NCBI RefSeq assembly: GCF_006345805.1 | Contig: NC_043007.1 | Span: forward strand, 51,460,001 to 51,524,000 | From: Octopus sinensis | Taxonomy: Eukaryota | Direction of reading: 5' to 3' | DNA: 64,000 bases | In this document: positions 12,609-24,994 of the stretch, in pieces | How positions within the stretch are numbered: position 1 is the stretch's first letter | Layout: each line of letters opens with the position of its first letter | Translations under genes and position numbers: made by a program | The notes under the pieces: model-generated | The model's input: only the letters and a program-made list of their open reading frames with translations | Databases searched by the model: none | Told to the model about the DNA's origin: nothing

Positions 12609-14277
12609 TCTATATATATAAAAGGCAGGATATGTGTGTGTGTACGATATTATAGTTTATGCACATTCACAAATTAGCACGCATGTTGCTCAAATTTTAG
12701 GAGGACATTCGTCACGATCCTAGCTGTACTTTCGTCAAATTATTTTTCCCCCGAGGCACCAGCAAATAGCGGTAAACATAATTTTGAACCATAACTTCAA
12801 ACTATTTTCAAGTCGGAGAAATACGCCATAATTTGCAAATATGAGTTAAGTCCCCTTCTAGCGACGGTGTAAAGAAATGGAGAGAAAGAGAGAGGAAGAG
12901 AGAGAACAGATTTTCAAAATTTCGTCTTTTTAGTGAGTGATTGAGACGCAAAAACAAACAGACAGGTGTTGTTATGTATGTATGCGTGAATGGCTTCAGT
13001 CACACACACACACACCACACACACACACACACACAAATGTTCATGTTTTCGAAAGGAGAGATCTGACTCTCACATCTCTGTCAGAGAAGGTAGGTCTCTC
13101 TATTCCTCTTATAAAACTTACGTCCGGGGGCCAAATTTGTATTTTGTAAACAATGTTTCGAAACTTCCTGTTTCCGAAAGGAGAGATCTGACTCTCACAT
13201 CTCTGTGGGAGTAGGTAGGCCTTTCTATTTCTCTTACAAAGCTTACGTCCGGGTGCCAAATTTGCATTTTGTAAAGAATGTTTCGAAAGTGTTCGGGTTT
13301 TCGAAAGGAAAGATCTTACTCTCACATCTCTGCGGGGGAAGGTAGCCATCTCTATTCCTCTTGCAAAACTTATGTCCGGGTGCCAAATTTGCATCAATTG
13401 ATGGTATTACTCGGGTAGGGGGGTAGGACAGGGACAGGAGCAAGGGCGTACAAAAAACATGTATGCAATAGGTGTATGTACGTATATGTTTGTGTGTGTA
13501 TGTGTATGTGTGTGTTGCCCATATATATATATATATATACTTAGTTGTGATCTGAACATAACCGCTTCTCACATAGAGGATCGGGTTCCTTTTGGGCGTT
13601 CTATTTTCCTTGCTGGAAGGGTCCCAACCCATAGGCAAAGGGGGGTTACATGATGGAGGTGGTGTTTTCAGAAGGGTTGGCATATGCAACCTGATCACCT
13701 CTGCCGACCAAACTCCCAACCCATGCGCTCCCATCGCGACACTGATTCTGCAGAACTGGGTTGGGTATGAAAACCAACTTAAAGTATAAATATAGATGTT
13801 TTTGAATCAGCAATGTTGTGTTCGGTTAAGTCCTATTTCGAGTGAAAAATCAATAAACTGATTCCTTATGGGGTTTTCTATTTAATCAGGATTTTTTTAA
13901 AAATCGATAAACTGATTCCTTATAGGACTTCCCATTAAAATTGGCTACACCACATTTTCAACCATAACGTTTACCAATTTTGATGTATTTTGTTCAAACT
14001 TGATGCCAGCATTACTTAGGACTCATGGGATCTTTGAATGCTTTAAGTTCTCCAAAAACGAGAAGAAAATCGATGAGTATAAAAAATTGATAAACCGATT
14101 CCTTATGGGATCTCCCAATCAAATTGTCTGCAACTCATTTTCAGCCAAAAGTTTACCATTTTCAACGGATATCGCTCAAATTTGACGTCGATGTTACTTA
14201 GTTTGGTTTGAAATAAAGAGCTTGATTAGCTTAATAATCTTAACTTAATCCCGAGCAAAGCCGGGCTATACTGGTAG
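12609..14277 (+). mobile_element. Non-autonomous Helitron (~1.67 kb) with internal minisatellite
   Basis: 5' A|TCTATATATATAAAA; 3' hairpin CCCG-AGCAAAGC-CGGG (14250-14265) then GTAG|T (CTAG variant); internal AAT(C/T)GATAAAC(T/C)GATTCCTTAT-like motif three times. Confidence 0.72.
13045..13400 (+). repeat. ~125-bp minisatellite, ~2.8 units
   Basis: Units start at 13045, 13170 and 13297 (GTTT(T/C)CGAAAGG.AAGATCT.ACTCTCACATCTCTG...CGGG(G/T)GCCAAATTTG). Confidence 0.92.
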
Positions 14278-14490
14278 TTATATATATGACTTGAGATGTT
14301 TGCTTTGCCTTAGCGTTTGTTTCCTTTTTAGCAATTATATATCCACCACTGTATCGGAAATCTGCAATGGCCCCATAACTACCGCCTCGGCTATAAACTT
14401 GGAATCCTCGTAATCCGTTACAGCATTTACCTAGCGTACCTAATCGTTCAGATCAACTGTGAACTAAACCCTCATATATAGCTAGCTAGC

Positions 14491-14588
<98 letters not shown>

Positions 14589-14650
14589 TAGATATAGATA
14601 TATATATGTAAATATATATATATATATGTTTATTTATATATATATATATA

Positions 14651-14810
14651 TACCGGAGTAAACACATAAATGTGAAACAAGGTGGAAAAAAGAGTACTCA
14701 AATACCAGTGGTAGAGTAATATGCTTTATTTTAAGCAGCAGAAAATTCAACAAAATCTGTTACTCTGAGTTTCTCGTTGCCGTTCATCAGACAGTTTTTG
14801 CTAGAATGGA
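14651..14810 (-). mobile_element. PLE pseudo-LTR with hammerhead ribozyme, ending in (TA)n
   Basis: TACCGGAGTAAACACATAAATGTGAAACAAGGTGG...; second copy at 23492; plausibly the 3' end of the PLE ORF at 15915-17050. Confidence 0.7.
14751..14800 (-). ncRNA. Type I hammerhead ribozyme
   Basis: CAAAAACUGU-CUGAUGA-ACG GCAA CGA-GAA-ACUC A GAGU-A/ACAGAUUUUG: stem I 9/10 bp, core, short stem II with GCAA loop, stem III, GUA cleavage site. Confidence 0.8.
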
Positions 14811-15914
14811 ACCGATATATCAATTCAATCTAGACTCTTACAAACGCTACACCTTAAAAAAAAATGGACTTGTTTGATTGGCCCTTTAGAAAAAACGGTC
14901 AATCTTCGAGCGATAAACAAAAAGGTCAAAAATATATGTATATATATATAAAAACTTATAAAAATTATAAAATTCGAGGAAAAAACCTTACATTGAATAA
15001 AATACATATTGACGTTAATGAAGAAAGTATAATTAAAGCATAGAAATTAAAACCTATTATAAATATTACACTGCAATACATATTTATATTAAAGTGTACA
15101 TATATATATCAACATACACAAAAGGATGCGTGCAAACGCCATACATATACAGACGTATAAATATAAATCTAAAATATACACATAAATGCATGCGTACATA
15201 TATGCACGCAATCCATCTCGCACGCAAGTTAAAATCATCTATGTAGCGATTCTCATATACTGAGTAAGGGGGACGTAAAGTTGCATCAGTATCAGTTGGA
15301 GAAAAAAACGAAAGAAAGGAAGAGAGAGAAAAAGGAACGAAGAAGGGGGAAGGAAAAAAGAAAAAGGAGGGGTGGGGTAAAAAACGAAATAAGAAAAAAT
15401 TATGTATACAAACTGTGTAACGGCATTATTGACATATATGGAGACAAGTATACAAATACACAAGTTCGAATGGATACATACACATACAGTCGTGTATATG
15501 TGTGCTTAAGCACAAACATACGCTCACTTACACATACACAGATACGCATGCTTACAAATACATATCCATGGCTATACACATACTTATATTAAAATTCTAA
15601 TTTTTGACAGCATTGCTTTTTTTTTAAAAAATGAGTGCAATAATAAAAAATAAAAAATATATACGAAAGACATATAAAATAAAATATAACACCCTATTTT
15701 GGATCATCTATAAATAATCAAGGTAATCCTATACAATACAATAACATGAAATAAACAAAGTCGAAGGTTTTTCCTAATGTATATGTGGAAATATAAGACT
15801 TTGCTATACGGATTAAAATCTGCATAGCGTGAAACAAAATCCATCATAGCGTTTACATACTAGTTCAAGAGTCAAAATCAAAATTTCAAAAATCAAAAAT
15901 ACAAAATATATACT

Positions 15915-17050
15915 CTATCCATATGGTATATTTATATTCGACATTTTAAATTTAGCCGCGTGCCTACATAAGTTCATTAGCTCACTTCTTTGATTCAAAG
16001 AATTATTGTCTTTGAATAAAATGTACATTTTTTCTAATAGGCAAAGTTTGCACTTAAAATTATTTTTGTATGCTCCATGCCTGTATGGTGCCGCTCTGTC
16101 CAGAATGCTCCATGTCACGTTGAAAGGTGGGGTTTCCTTTTCTTTTAGTTCCCAGACATATTTTGCTAGGCTGGTCCTCTTCCTATTCTCTGGGTATTTA
16201 AATGAATTTTTATGAGAATAAAATCGTGTTTTAAATGAATTTTCTGAAGCCCCTGTGTATGTCTTGTATTCCGATGAGCCTTCTACTTGCACCTTGGCTC
16301 TATAAACTACTCATTTCACTAGACATTTCCCTTCTAACGGACAGGAGCTTTCGTTTTTGAAATTGCATTTCTTAATGGGCTCGGCACCATGTCTAATCTC
16401 AATTAGCTTCTTATTATGCTGGCTAATGTAAGAGGCGAAATTTCTGCAACAAGAATAGCTAACCTTCAGGGTTCTTCTATTAAATATCCTATAGAATTTA
16501 TGACCCTGCTTAAAATGCTTAGAGACTAATCTCAAAAATTCCTTACCTATATTAGTCTTTACGGCCAAATTGAAAGCCGGGTTGAACCACAAAACTTTCC
16601 TGGTCCTAGTTCTTCGTGCACCATTATTACCAGCATTAAGCTGGTTGTACTGGATCTTCTCAGAGAATCCAGTATTCTTTAATGCGCTATCGTAATAAGG
16701 TGCAGCATTATGGAATGCTGCCTCGTCCGAAGAAATTGAAGATATTCTTCTACCTACATTGCTGACTAAGTTCCTAAGGATAACTGGTGGATGGTTCGAA
16801 TCTTTGCTAATATACGATAGCTTTTCATTGGGCTTACGGAAAGGTTTAAATCTATCCGACCTTGCATTAAAATTTACGTCTAAAAAATCTACACTATTCA
16901 GGTTAGCATCTATTGTAACCTGTAAGCCCATCCTTTGAAAGAAAGCAATGAGGTCCTTCCTAAGTCTATCTGATTCATGGCCGTTTAGATTATGCGCGGC
17001 TATAAGGCCGTCATCCCTATATAAACCTGTATAGTTGTATCCATATATGT
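15915..17050 (-). pseudogene. 5'-truncated Penelope-like RT + GIY-YIG endonuclease ORF (resembles Hydra-clade PLEs)
   Basis: YTGLYRDDGL (RT active site), DFLDV, SNHPP, FNPAF, linker CNFKNESSCPLEGKC, one in-frame TGA at 16308-16310, VVYRAKV...YTGASENSFKTRFYSH...CKLCLLEK...LNQRSE...CRH. Confidence 0.88.
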
Positions 17051-17272
17051 CAGTTGGTCGTAATCGTAATAACCGTGGTGGTGGTGGTGGTGGTGGTGGT
17101 GGTGGTGGTAGTGGTTGGAATTGCAGCAGCTGATTGGCTGTAGCAGTCGTAGCAGTCGTCGCTTACAGTGGGTTTATTACAATAAAAGTTGCCAAGAAAC
17201 ATACACATAATATTATCTCTATGGGAGTGGCCGAGTGGTAAAACATTTGTGTCCCAACTACAGGTTTTGGAT

Positions 17273-17320
<48 letters not shown>

Positions 17321-17574
17321 TGTTCGTGCGTTCGTGCGGCATATAAAAATTAGGTACTGGGGGTGATTAGTGGCAAGTAAAAGACAAAAGATACATTTTG
17401 TACCCTTCAGTGTTATTTCATATCATACTTTATTCTTAATCATATGTTTAGCATTCCATTCTGTATCTTTTTACATTTTTAAAACCTTTCATTTCGCTTA
17501 ATTTACCTCAAGTCTACTTCCTTCGAACCCTTCCGCTTTCATTATTAAATCATATCTTTCCATAAGATTTAATA

Positions 17575-17769
17575 ATGATTTCAAATTTTGGCACAGGGCC
17601 AACAATTTCGGGGGAGGGTGTAAGTCGATCACATCGACCCCAGTGTTCAACCCCGAAAGGATCAAACGTAATGTCGACCTCAACGCAACTTGAATTAGGA
17701 ACGTAAAGACGGGCGAAATGTCGCTAAGCATTTTTCCCGGCTTGCTACCGATCCTGCCAGTTCACCGCC
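17575..17769 (-). mobile_element. tRNA-derived SINE, Meta/MESC-like core family
   Basis: Reverse complement of GAACTGGCAGGATCGGTAGC...GAGGTCGACATT..TTTGATCCTTTCGGGG. Confidence 0.7.
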
Positions 17770-18669
17770 TCCAACTCTCACCGCATTCCTAACGTCATCC
17801 CCACATATTATTGTTCGTTCCAGTCACACCCATCCATACATCGATGATTCACAAAGAACTAGATTAAATCTTCAATCCTAAAAGTCTTATACCCTTTCCT
17901 TCACATCGCATATTTAATCTCCATTTGAGCATTATTTCATTACACATTCATTTTTAAAGGACTCAACATTTTCATTTAACTAGCGCTTACCATTCTTACA
18001 TAACTTTTCTTCCTCTTAGATCTCTAAAATTTACATAGATGAACTACCTTTATTTTATTGATTTTTTTTGTCAATACAGTAACATGCTTCTTTCAGTATT
18101 TGATTATTCTTTGTTTACTTTTTAACTATAGGCTTCTTTAATTCCTCTCAATAACCTGCCATAAATCACGCCCAGAATTTAACTAATCTTGAACCATATC
18201 TTTCCATAAGATTTAATAATGATTTCATAATTTTCCAAGAAAGTCAAGGAAATAGTAACATTAACTTTGTATGTGTTATGCATGTATTTATGTATGTATG
18301 TATGTATGTATGTATGTATGTATGTATGTATGTATGTATGTATGTATGTATGCATGCATGCATGTATGTATGTATCTATGTATGTATGTATCTATGTATG
18401 CATGCATGTATGTATGTATGTATGTATGTATGTATGTATGTATGTATGTATAACTGTTCTAATACGCTTAGATGTTTGTTATGTTCGTCACAAATACCAT
18501 GGAACTAACACCAACATTTATAACATCTTTCTGTATCTGTTTTCCCCGACATTAAATTGTTCTATATCTTACAATGTTTGTGTGTATCTTACAATGTTTT
18601 GTGCACGTGTATATTTGTTCGAGGCAACACTGCAAAGTTCTCAGTACAGACCTGTGTTGTTTGAAATAT

Positions 18670-18825
18670 GTAGAGCTGGCAGAATCGTTAGCGCGCTGGA
18701 CGAAATACTTAGCGGTGTTCCGTCTGCTTTTACATTCTGAGTTTAAATTCCGCCGAGGTTGACTTTGCTTTTCATCCTTTCGGGGTACGCACTGGGATCG
18801 ATGTGGGCAATAAAGAAATAAGTAT
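18670..18825 (+). mobile_element. tRNA-derived SINE, Meta/MESC-like core family (internally deleted)
   Basis: GAGCTGGCAGAATCGTTAGC...GAGTTTAAATTCCGCCGAGGTTGACTTTGCTTTTCATCCTTTCGGGG. Confidence 0.78.
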
Positions 18826-20399
18826 AAAGGGTCTGTAATAACTATGCTTTTAAAATGCAGATTATTTGTTAGTGTTTCGTGCGGTTTGTGCTAGAACTGC
18901 ATAAAACTTTATGATATGGTTTAACAACACTCGCATATGTATGCATTTGTGTGTGAGTGTTTGAGTGTGAGTGTGGGTAAGTTTGTGCATGCATGTGTAC
19001 ATTACAATAATCACTACAGAGCTTATTACACACACACAGCAGACATCCCTTCATGTTATACTGATCTCTGCTTCATTACTGCCATCATCGACATGAAAAA
19101 AACTACAAACACTATAACTACGTTCATAGCTCTGAGTTGAAAAACACTTTGTGCGTGTGCGTAGACAAGCATGTGTATGTGCGCGGGTACATGCATATGT
19201 ATGTGTGCGCGTGTATGCTTCTGTGTATCGGCGTGCGTTAATTTGCACGAAGAATGCGATTTTGAACACACACACATACACACATGTATATACATACGCA
19301 ATGTTCCGTTTCTGTCAAGGTATTGTTCCAAGGCAGATAAATCTGATGTTCTGTGTCAGAACCACGTCTATGTCCTTCAATCACGTGATTAATGACACGC
19401 TAATAATATCACACTAACGGGCGTATGATCACACATATTTCTGACAGACACGCACACACGCACGCCCACCACACGTACACACACACGCACACATACACAC
19501 ACATATACAAGAATAAAAAGTTCTTTGTACTGCACTCATGTACACGCATACATGTGTAGAACCATACATACAAAGCACTAATAGACACACCAATACTCAA
19601 ACAAAGGCAGGTTAACGTTTCGCATATATTCGCTATGTTCGTTTCTTCATTCTCAACAGCAGATTCTGTCCCAAAATGACGATTTGATGACCAAGACTAG
19701 AAGCAATTTATCAAAACGTTCGTCTAACGTTAAATGGATAAACTGACTTACAAGAACGGTGAAATTCTTGTCAGATCGTGTAAAAAAAACAACATTAATA
19801 AGTTGTAACCACATCACTTGACGTCGATCGTGTTGGTCATCGCCAGTGCGCTTGATATATGTCAGAATTGGGATTACAGCGGAGAGATAACAGGGATGGC
19901 CGAATATGGAGTGTTGATAGAAACTAAAATGCTCGACTGATTGACTAAAGGTTGGGTGCTGACTAATTAAAGATACACGTGGATGGATGGATGGGCAGAT
20001 AGATGGCTGTGGATAGATGCATGAACGGATTGGCGTACGGATGGAAGTGCGACCGGATGAATTCATGGATGGATAAATGGATAGATGAAAAAGAGGAATG
20101 AAGTGGCCAAAATTAGACTACCTCTGCGCTTGCACGCGCGTATGTGTGTGTGAAGTCTACTATTTATTCTATTGCTACGCAGAATTCCAAACTTGTCATG
20201 AGTGAGAATGCTCTAAGGTGGTGGCTGTTAATGCTCCGATAGGATTGGTACACTTTCTCTGACGCCCAAAACTATTCTAAGGATATTGCTATAATTAGTG
20301 ATACACGGAGAATGCAATGCCATCATATACCAACGCTGGGATTCTAAATAAAGTTTTGAATCGAAAGCAAATGTCTAAAAGTTCCTTTGTTTTGTTCAG

Positions 20400-20480
20400 A
20401 TATTGACGAATGCTTGACAGCCAATGGAATCTCTGAATACATCAGTGTGTACTTTGGCAAATTACAGGTGGATAACCAGG
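20400..20480 (+). pseudogene. Possible decayed calcium-binding EGF exon
   Basis: Pyrimidine-rich acceptor TTCCTTTGTTTTGTTCAG| then phase-1 (D)IDECLTANGISEYISV..; two expected Cys read as Ser (TCT, AGT); GNYRW after a frameshift. Confidence 0.35.
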
Positions 20481-20599
20481 TCGTATTTAGACAGAGAATT
20501 CATTAGTTTCGTGGATAGTTTAGTTGATAAGAGTGCTTCAGCTGATACGAATAGTTTAGTGGAGAAGTGAGAATCTTCTGCATATTCAGACAGATGGTT

Positions 20600-21900
20600 A
20601 CTGGAGAAAGAGTTCTGTGGTCTCTGTCGCTGAGAGTGATACGCAACATAGAAATTTGAATGTATCGTTACCAATATGAGAATTCTTCAATGGTTTAGAA
20701 TGGTGATCGATAAGAGGAAATTGTCAAAGACCGTAAATAAATTGCTGAAGATAAAAAAGAAAAACATTATATTGGTTTAGGTCGTTCAGTTAGGAACTAG
20801 CAACAGACTGTTAGACATGAGAATATTAGTTATATTTTAGAAGTGGAAGGATACCACTATGTTAGTGGTAAACAACAACAGCCTTTCACCAATTTTCTTC
20901 ACACGAACATGAATGTTACACACTTCGTGATAAGATTGTATGGTAGTGGTGGGGGTATGGACTTTGTTTGACATGGCTGGATGATTGAGACGTGACGTGA
21001 CAACTGATTTATCTGACGATATTTGACGGACCAGAACAGGTGTACGGTGTCCGGTTCCATGTTGTTACATGTCATTTTTCACAATACTTTACCAAAGTCT
21101 TTGGGAGGGAGACATGTTGATATTAAAGCTTTCCTTAACTGTGTGCTACCAATTAGAGTAGAACAAGTGAAATGATGTGGAACACAAATAATTATATTTG
21201 AGGGACAGTATCTACTGAGGAAATTGCCGAGACAGGATTCATTGCATTACAACAGTTTTTGTTCCTATGTGTATTGGTTGATGTGTTTTCCTTGTTGTGA
21301 GAGCTGGATGAGTTTTCACTCCGTTCAGGTAAGATATGAACAAGAGAAACATAATAGATTTATTAATCCACTGAATGATGCAGAGTTAAAGATTTCCAGT
21401 GGTATTTGATTTTGGTAGTATTGTAGATGCATAAAATTGTGCTATTTCAGTAAGATATAAGCAAAACAACGTTCATCTCATGCAAAAGATCATAGAGATG
21501 GTACAATATAAGTTTAATGGGTCTCTCTTGGAACAGTCAGTCAAAGCAAACTCTAACGCCATTTTTCTGCGTTTTGAACCCCCAGCTTCTATTGATGTTG
21601 AATATATCTAGGGCCATCCCTCACGAACTGAAGGATGGGGAGAAGTATCAACATAAGTTTCGGAACCAATTTCATGATATTTGTGACTCGATTGACATGG
21701 TAACATGACTAAAATGTAATAAAAAAAGAGAGGAGAGGTTACATTTGTAGCTAGAATAAAAATCGGGAGCAACTGTTTGTTCAAGTCTAAACTTTTATAA
21801 CAACTGGACGAAGAGCCGACTAAGGCTGGAAATCTCACACAGGAATTTGCCGAAAAGTTACTTTAGAACGAAATGTCACTATGACATCCAAACAGGAACA
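20600..21900 (+). mobile_element. Highly degraded LINE-like fossil (RTE-like?)
   Basis: Only scattered hints (EVEGYHYVSGK, LDEEPTK); no continuous ORF. Confidence 0.2.
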
Positions 21901-22536
21901 TATAATCTTAGTTTATAGAAACCAGAGAGTCTTTATATGCACTGATATGACAATACACACTCCTAAATCACAGAGAACTAAACACACACGCACACACACA
22001 CTTGTATATGTCCGTATAAACATAAACGTATATATAGACAGGCCTGTGATGTATACATATACATCATTATATAGTTTTATGGTACTGTTCTCTATATGAC
22101 CAGTACCTAGACAGTCTATTTTTCATTTTCATTGTTCGTATCCTATATATTGTGTCCAAGACAGTTTCCCAGAACTGTAATGATGTTAATACATAGCGAA
22201 CTACTAATCAGTGAGTTGTGGCCTGTTACATTTTCATATTTACTTTCATAATAATCTATATAATTTAAAAGCACACTTGTGTGTGTCTGCGATATGCTTT
22301 CTTAAAACTTCGCTATATTTGAGTTAATCGCATTCTCCAATTGTGCGCGCATGCATATGTATATATACAATATTAGCGTGAGTATATATTTTATGTATAT
22401 CACAAAATTGACCAGACTATCAGATGCTGTTATATACTGTTGGTCACAATGCGCTCCCAATTCTGTCTTGATTGTACCAACAAAGTGAGGAAATATATGC
22501 ATATATGCATGTATAAATAAATACATATAAATATAT

Positions 22537-22578
<42 letters not shown>

Positions 22579-22697
22579 TGGCCTGCTCGCTTAGCCAGCG
22601 GGGTGGCGTCATTCGAAGGCTAAAACAATGCTAACGCATTGTGACCAGCGATGTGTAACAACATCTGATGGTCTGGTCGGTCACGTGATCACGTGAT

Positions 22698-22698
<1 letters not shown>
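22579..22698. repeat. ~120-bp interspersed repeat between (TA)n tracts, carrying a double E-box palindrome
   Basis: Eroded inverted copy at ~22413-22465; TCACGTGATCACGTGA at 22681-22696. Confidence 0.5.
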
Positions 22699-22756
<58 letters not shown>

Positions 22757-22759
<3 letters not shown>

Positions 22760-23392
22760 GGAAGGGGCAGGTCCCACAGTTTGGGCGTGCACATTTTTTA
22801 ACTGCTGGGGGTGGATGTGGCGTGTGAAGTTTGGCATTTGTCAAGAGTTTTTTAAATATTTGTGTTGAGGATTTGAGGATTTGTGTGTATTTATAATGTT
22901 TTTCATTTTTGGGTCTGTTGACAGTACACTGAGGTTTTGTATGATTGTGGTGTATGCTTCGATATTTTTGGGGTTGTGGGTGGAAATGTATGGAAGTATT
23001 TTGGGGTTGTGTGTGGTGTTGGGTTGGGTGGTTTTCAGTGTAATGTTGTCTAGTTCTTTGGCGCGTTTTATTCCATACTCTATAAGGGTGGAGGGATATT
23101 GGCGTTGTAATAGTGTTTTTTTGAGGTCTTGATGGCGTATTTCTCGAGATTTTGGATCCGAGACAATGGTGCATACCCTTTTAGCTAAGTTGAAAGGGAT
23201 ATTTGTCTTGGTGTATTTTGGGTGGCATGAACTAATGAGGAGGTATTGTTGTGAGTCTGTAGGTTTGTGGTAGATGTCTGTTATGATTTGGTGTTTTTAT
23301 AATTAGGAGATCAAGGAAAGGGAGATGATGTTTGCTTAATTCCATAGTGAATTGGATGTTGGGATGTATGTTGTTCAGTATGGTTTTGAATT
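22757..23392 (-). mobile_element. Penelope-like element fragment (RT thumb + Cys linker)
   Basis: LNNIHPNIQFTME, TDIYHKPTDSQQYL..SSCHPKYTKTNIPFNLAKRVCTIVSD, CARPNCGTCP. Confidence 0.85.
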
Positions 23393-23409
23393 CATATATA
23401 TATGAATTT

Positions 23410-23491
<82 letters not shown>

Positions 23492-23495
<4 letters not shown>

Positions 23496-23635
23496 GGAGT
23501 AACACATAAATGTGAAACAAGGTGGAAAAAGAGAGTACTCCAATACCAGTGGTATTCTAGCAAAAACTGTCCGATGAACGGCAATGCGAAACTCAGAGTA
23601 ACAGGTTTTGTAGAATTTTCTGCTGCTTTAAATAA
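23492..23635. mobile_element. Second PLE pLTR copy with inverted hammerhead-containing half
   Basis: 23492-23554 is collinear with 14651ff; 23555-23635 is the reverse complement of ~14725-14806. Confidence 0.78.
23561..23610 (+). ncRNA. Type I hammerhead ribozyme, U4C core variant
   Basis: CAAAAACUGU-CCGAUGA-ACG GCAA UGC-GAA-ACUC A GAGU-A/ACAGGUUUUG. Confidence 0.7.
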
Positions 23636-23637
23636 TA

Positions 23638-23843
<206 letters not shown>

Positions 23844-23884
23844 ATGTATGTATGTATGTATGTATGTATGTATGTATGTATTGT

Positions 23885-24985
23885 TGAAGGGGTTGCAAGA
23901 AGCAACGAAAATTTTAGTAAAAATAATTAAGTAAATGAGTGGAAATCGAACCGGTGAGTGTGTTAGTTAATAAGGCATTAAAGCAGAACGATTCTTTCCA
24001 GACACAGTATAATATAGTAGAATAATAAAGAGAAAATTCTTGGTATATATTTGAAAGAATGAGTAGAGATGACTTTTTTGGTGGGGAGATTTTTATTTTA
24101 ATCTTAATAATAATGTTTACAGTAAGTTGTCGAAGAAGGCGTGATTATTTTCCAGTATTAATTTTAATCCTTCTAAAATTATGGTTTTCGAGAATCTTTC
24201 CATATGATTCGGGTGTCTTGTTAACCAGAAATTTATAGCTTCAGTTTCTAGGTCGTGTAGGATATTGGTGTATAGACTAATTACATCCAAACTAACAAGA
24301 ATTGTCTCCTGGTGGACACTTTTAGGTATGTAGTTTAAGAAGTCCATATCGTCCCGGAGAAAGCTTGGTATCATTTTTTATAAAGGTTTTAGAACTATAT
24401 TATAAAGGTTTTAGAACTAAGTTGCTTAAACGCTGTATAATGGATGCTGGTCCTGTAATGATTCAGCGTAGTCTCAGGTACCTGGATTTCGGAATTGCGA
24501 CATATGTTGAATTGTTTCCTTTTATGTTGTCTTGGATTTCCTTTGCTTTGTGGATCTTGGGTAAACCATAGAAGTTACTGATTTTTACTTCGAAGTTGAT
24601 TAAATAATTAAGTTCATTCTCGGTTAGGTTATTACGATATTTTAAAACCAGTCGATGTATCTTGCACATGGTATTTTTATCCTCGTTTTGGTTTAGATTC
24701 TTGTAGGAGTGATGGTCATTAAGTTGCTCTATCACCATATCTCTGTAATGGTTCTTGTCCATGCTCCACTTTTATCAGCTTCTTTGAAAATTATCGAAGA
24801 GACCTTTTTGTAAATCTATTAATTGATCTTTAGATATGCTAGATTTACAATTCCTCTCTGCCATACTAGATTGAGCTGAGCGTCGTAAGTAGCTAATATA
24901 TTCTTCTAAACTTTTGTCTCTATTCAGGGGAGGTCTGAATCCTGTTCTGTTTTGAACTAGTGATTTGTCTGTCCATCTGTCTAGT
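23885..24985 (-). mobile_element. Penelope-like element: RT N-terminal half joined directly to a tail
   Basis: MDKNHYRDMVIEQLND, NFYGLPKIHK, LVSLDVISLYTNI, LKLILENNHAFFDN, then non-coding tail. Confidence 0.85.
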
Positions 24986-24994
24986 CAATCATTG

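Noticed and set aside
13045-13400. Possible CRISPR-like array
   Set aside because: Whole ~125-bp units repeat with no unique spacers; eukaryotic context and no cas genes
18267-18740. 157-aa MYVC-repeat ORF, and similar YI/TH/CV-repeat ORFs at 23.4, 26-28, 33, 40.8 and 43 kb
   Set aside because: Microsatellite translations with no coding signal
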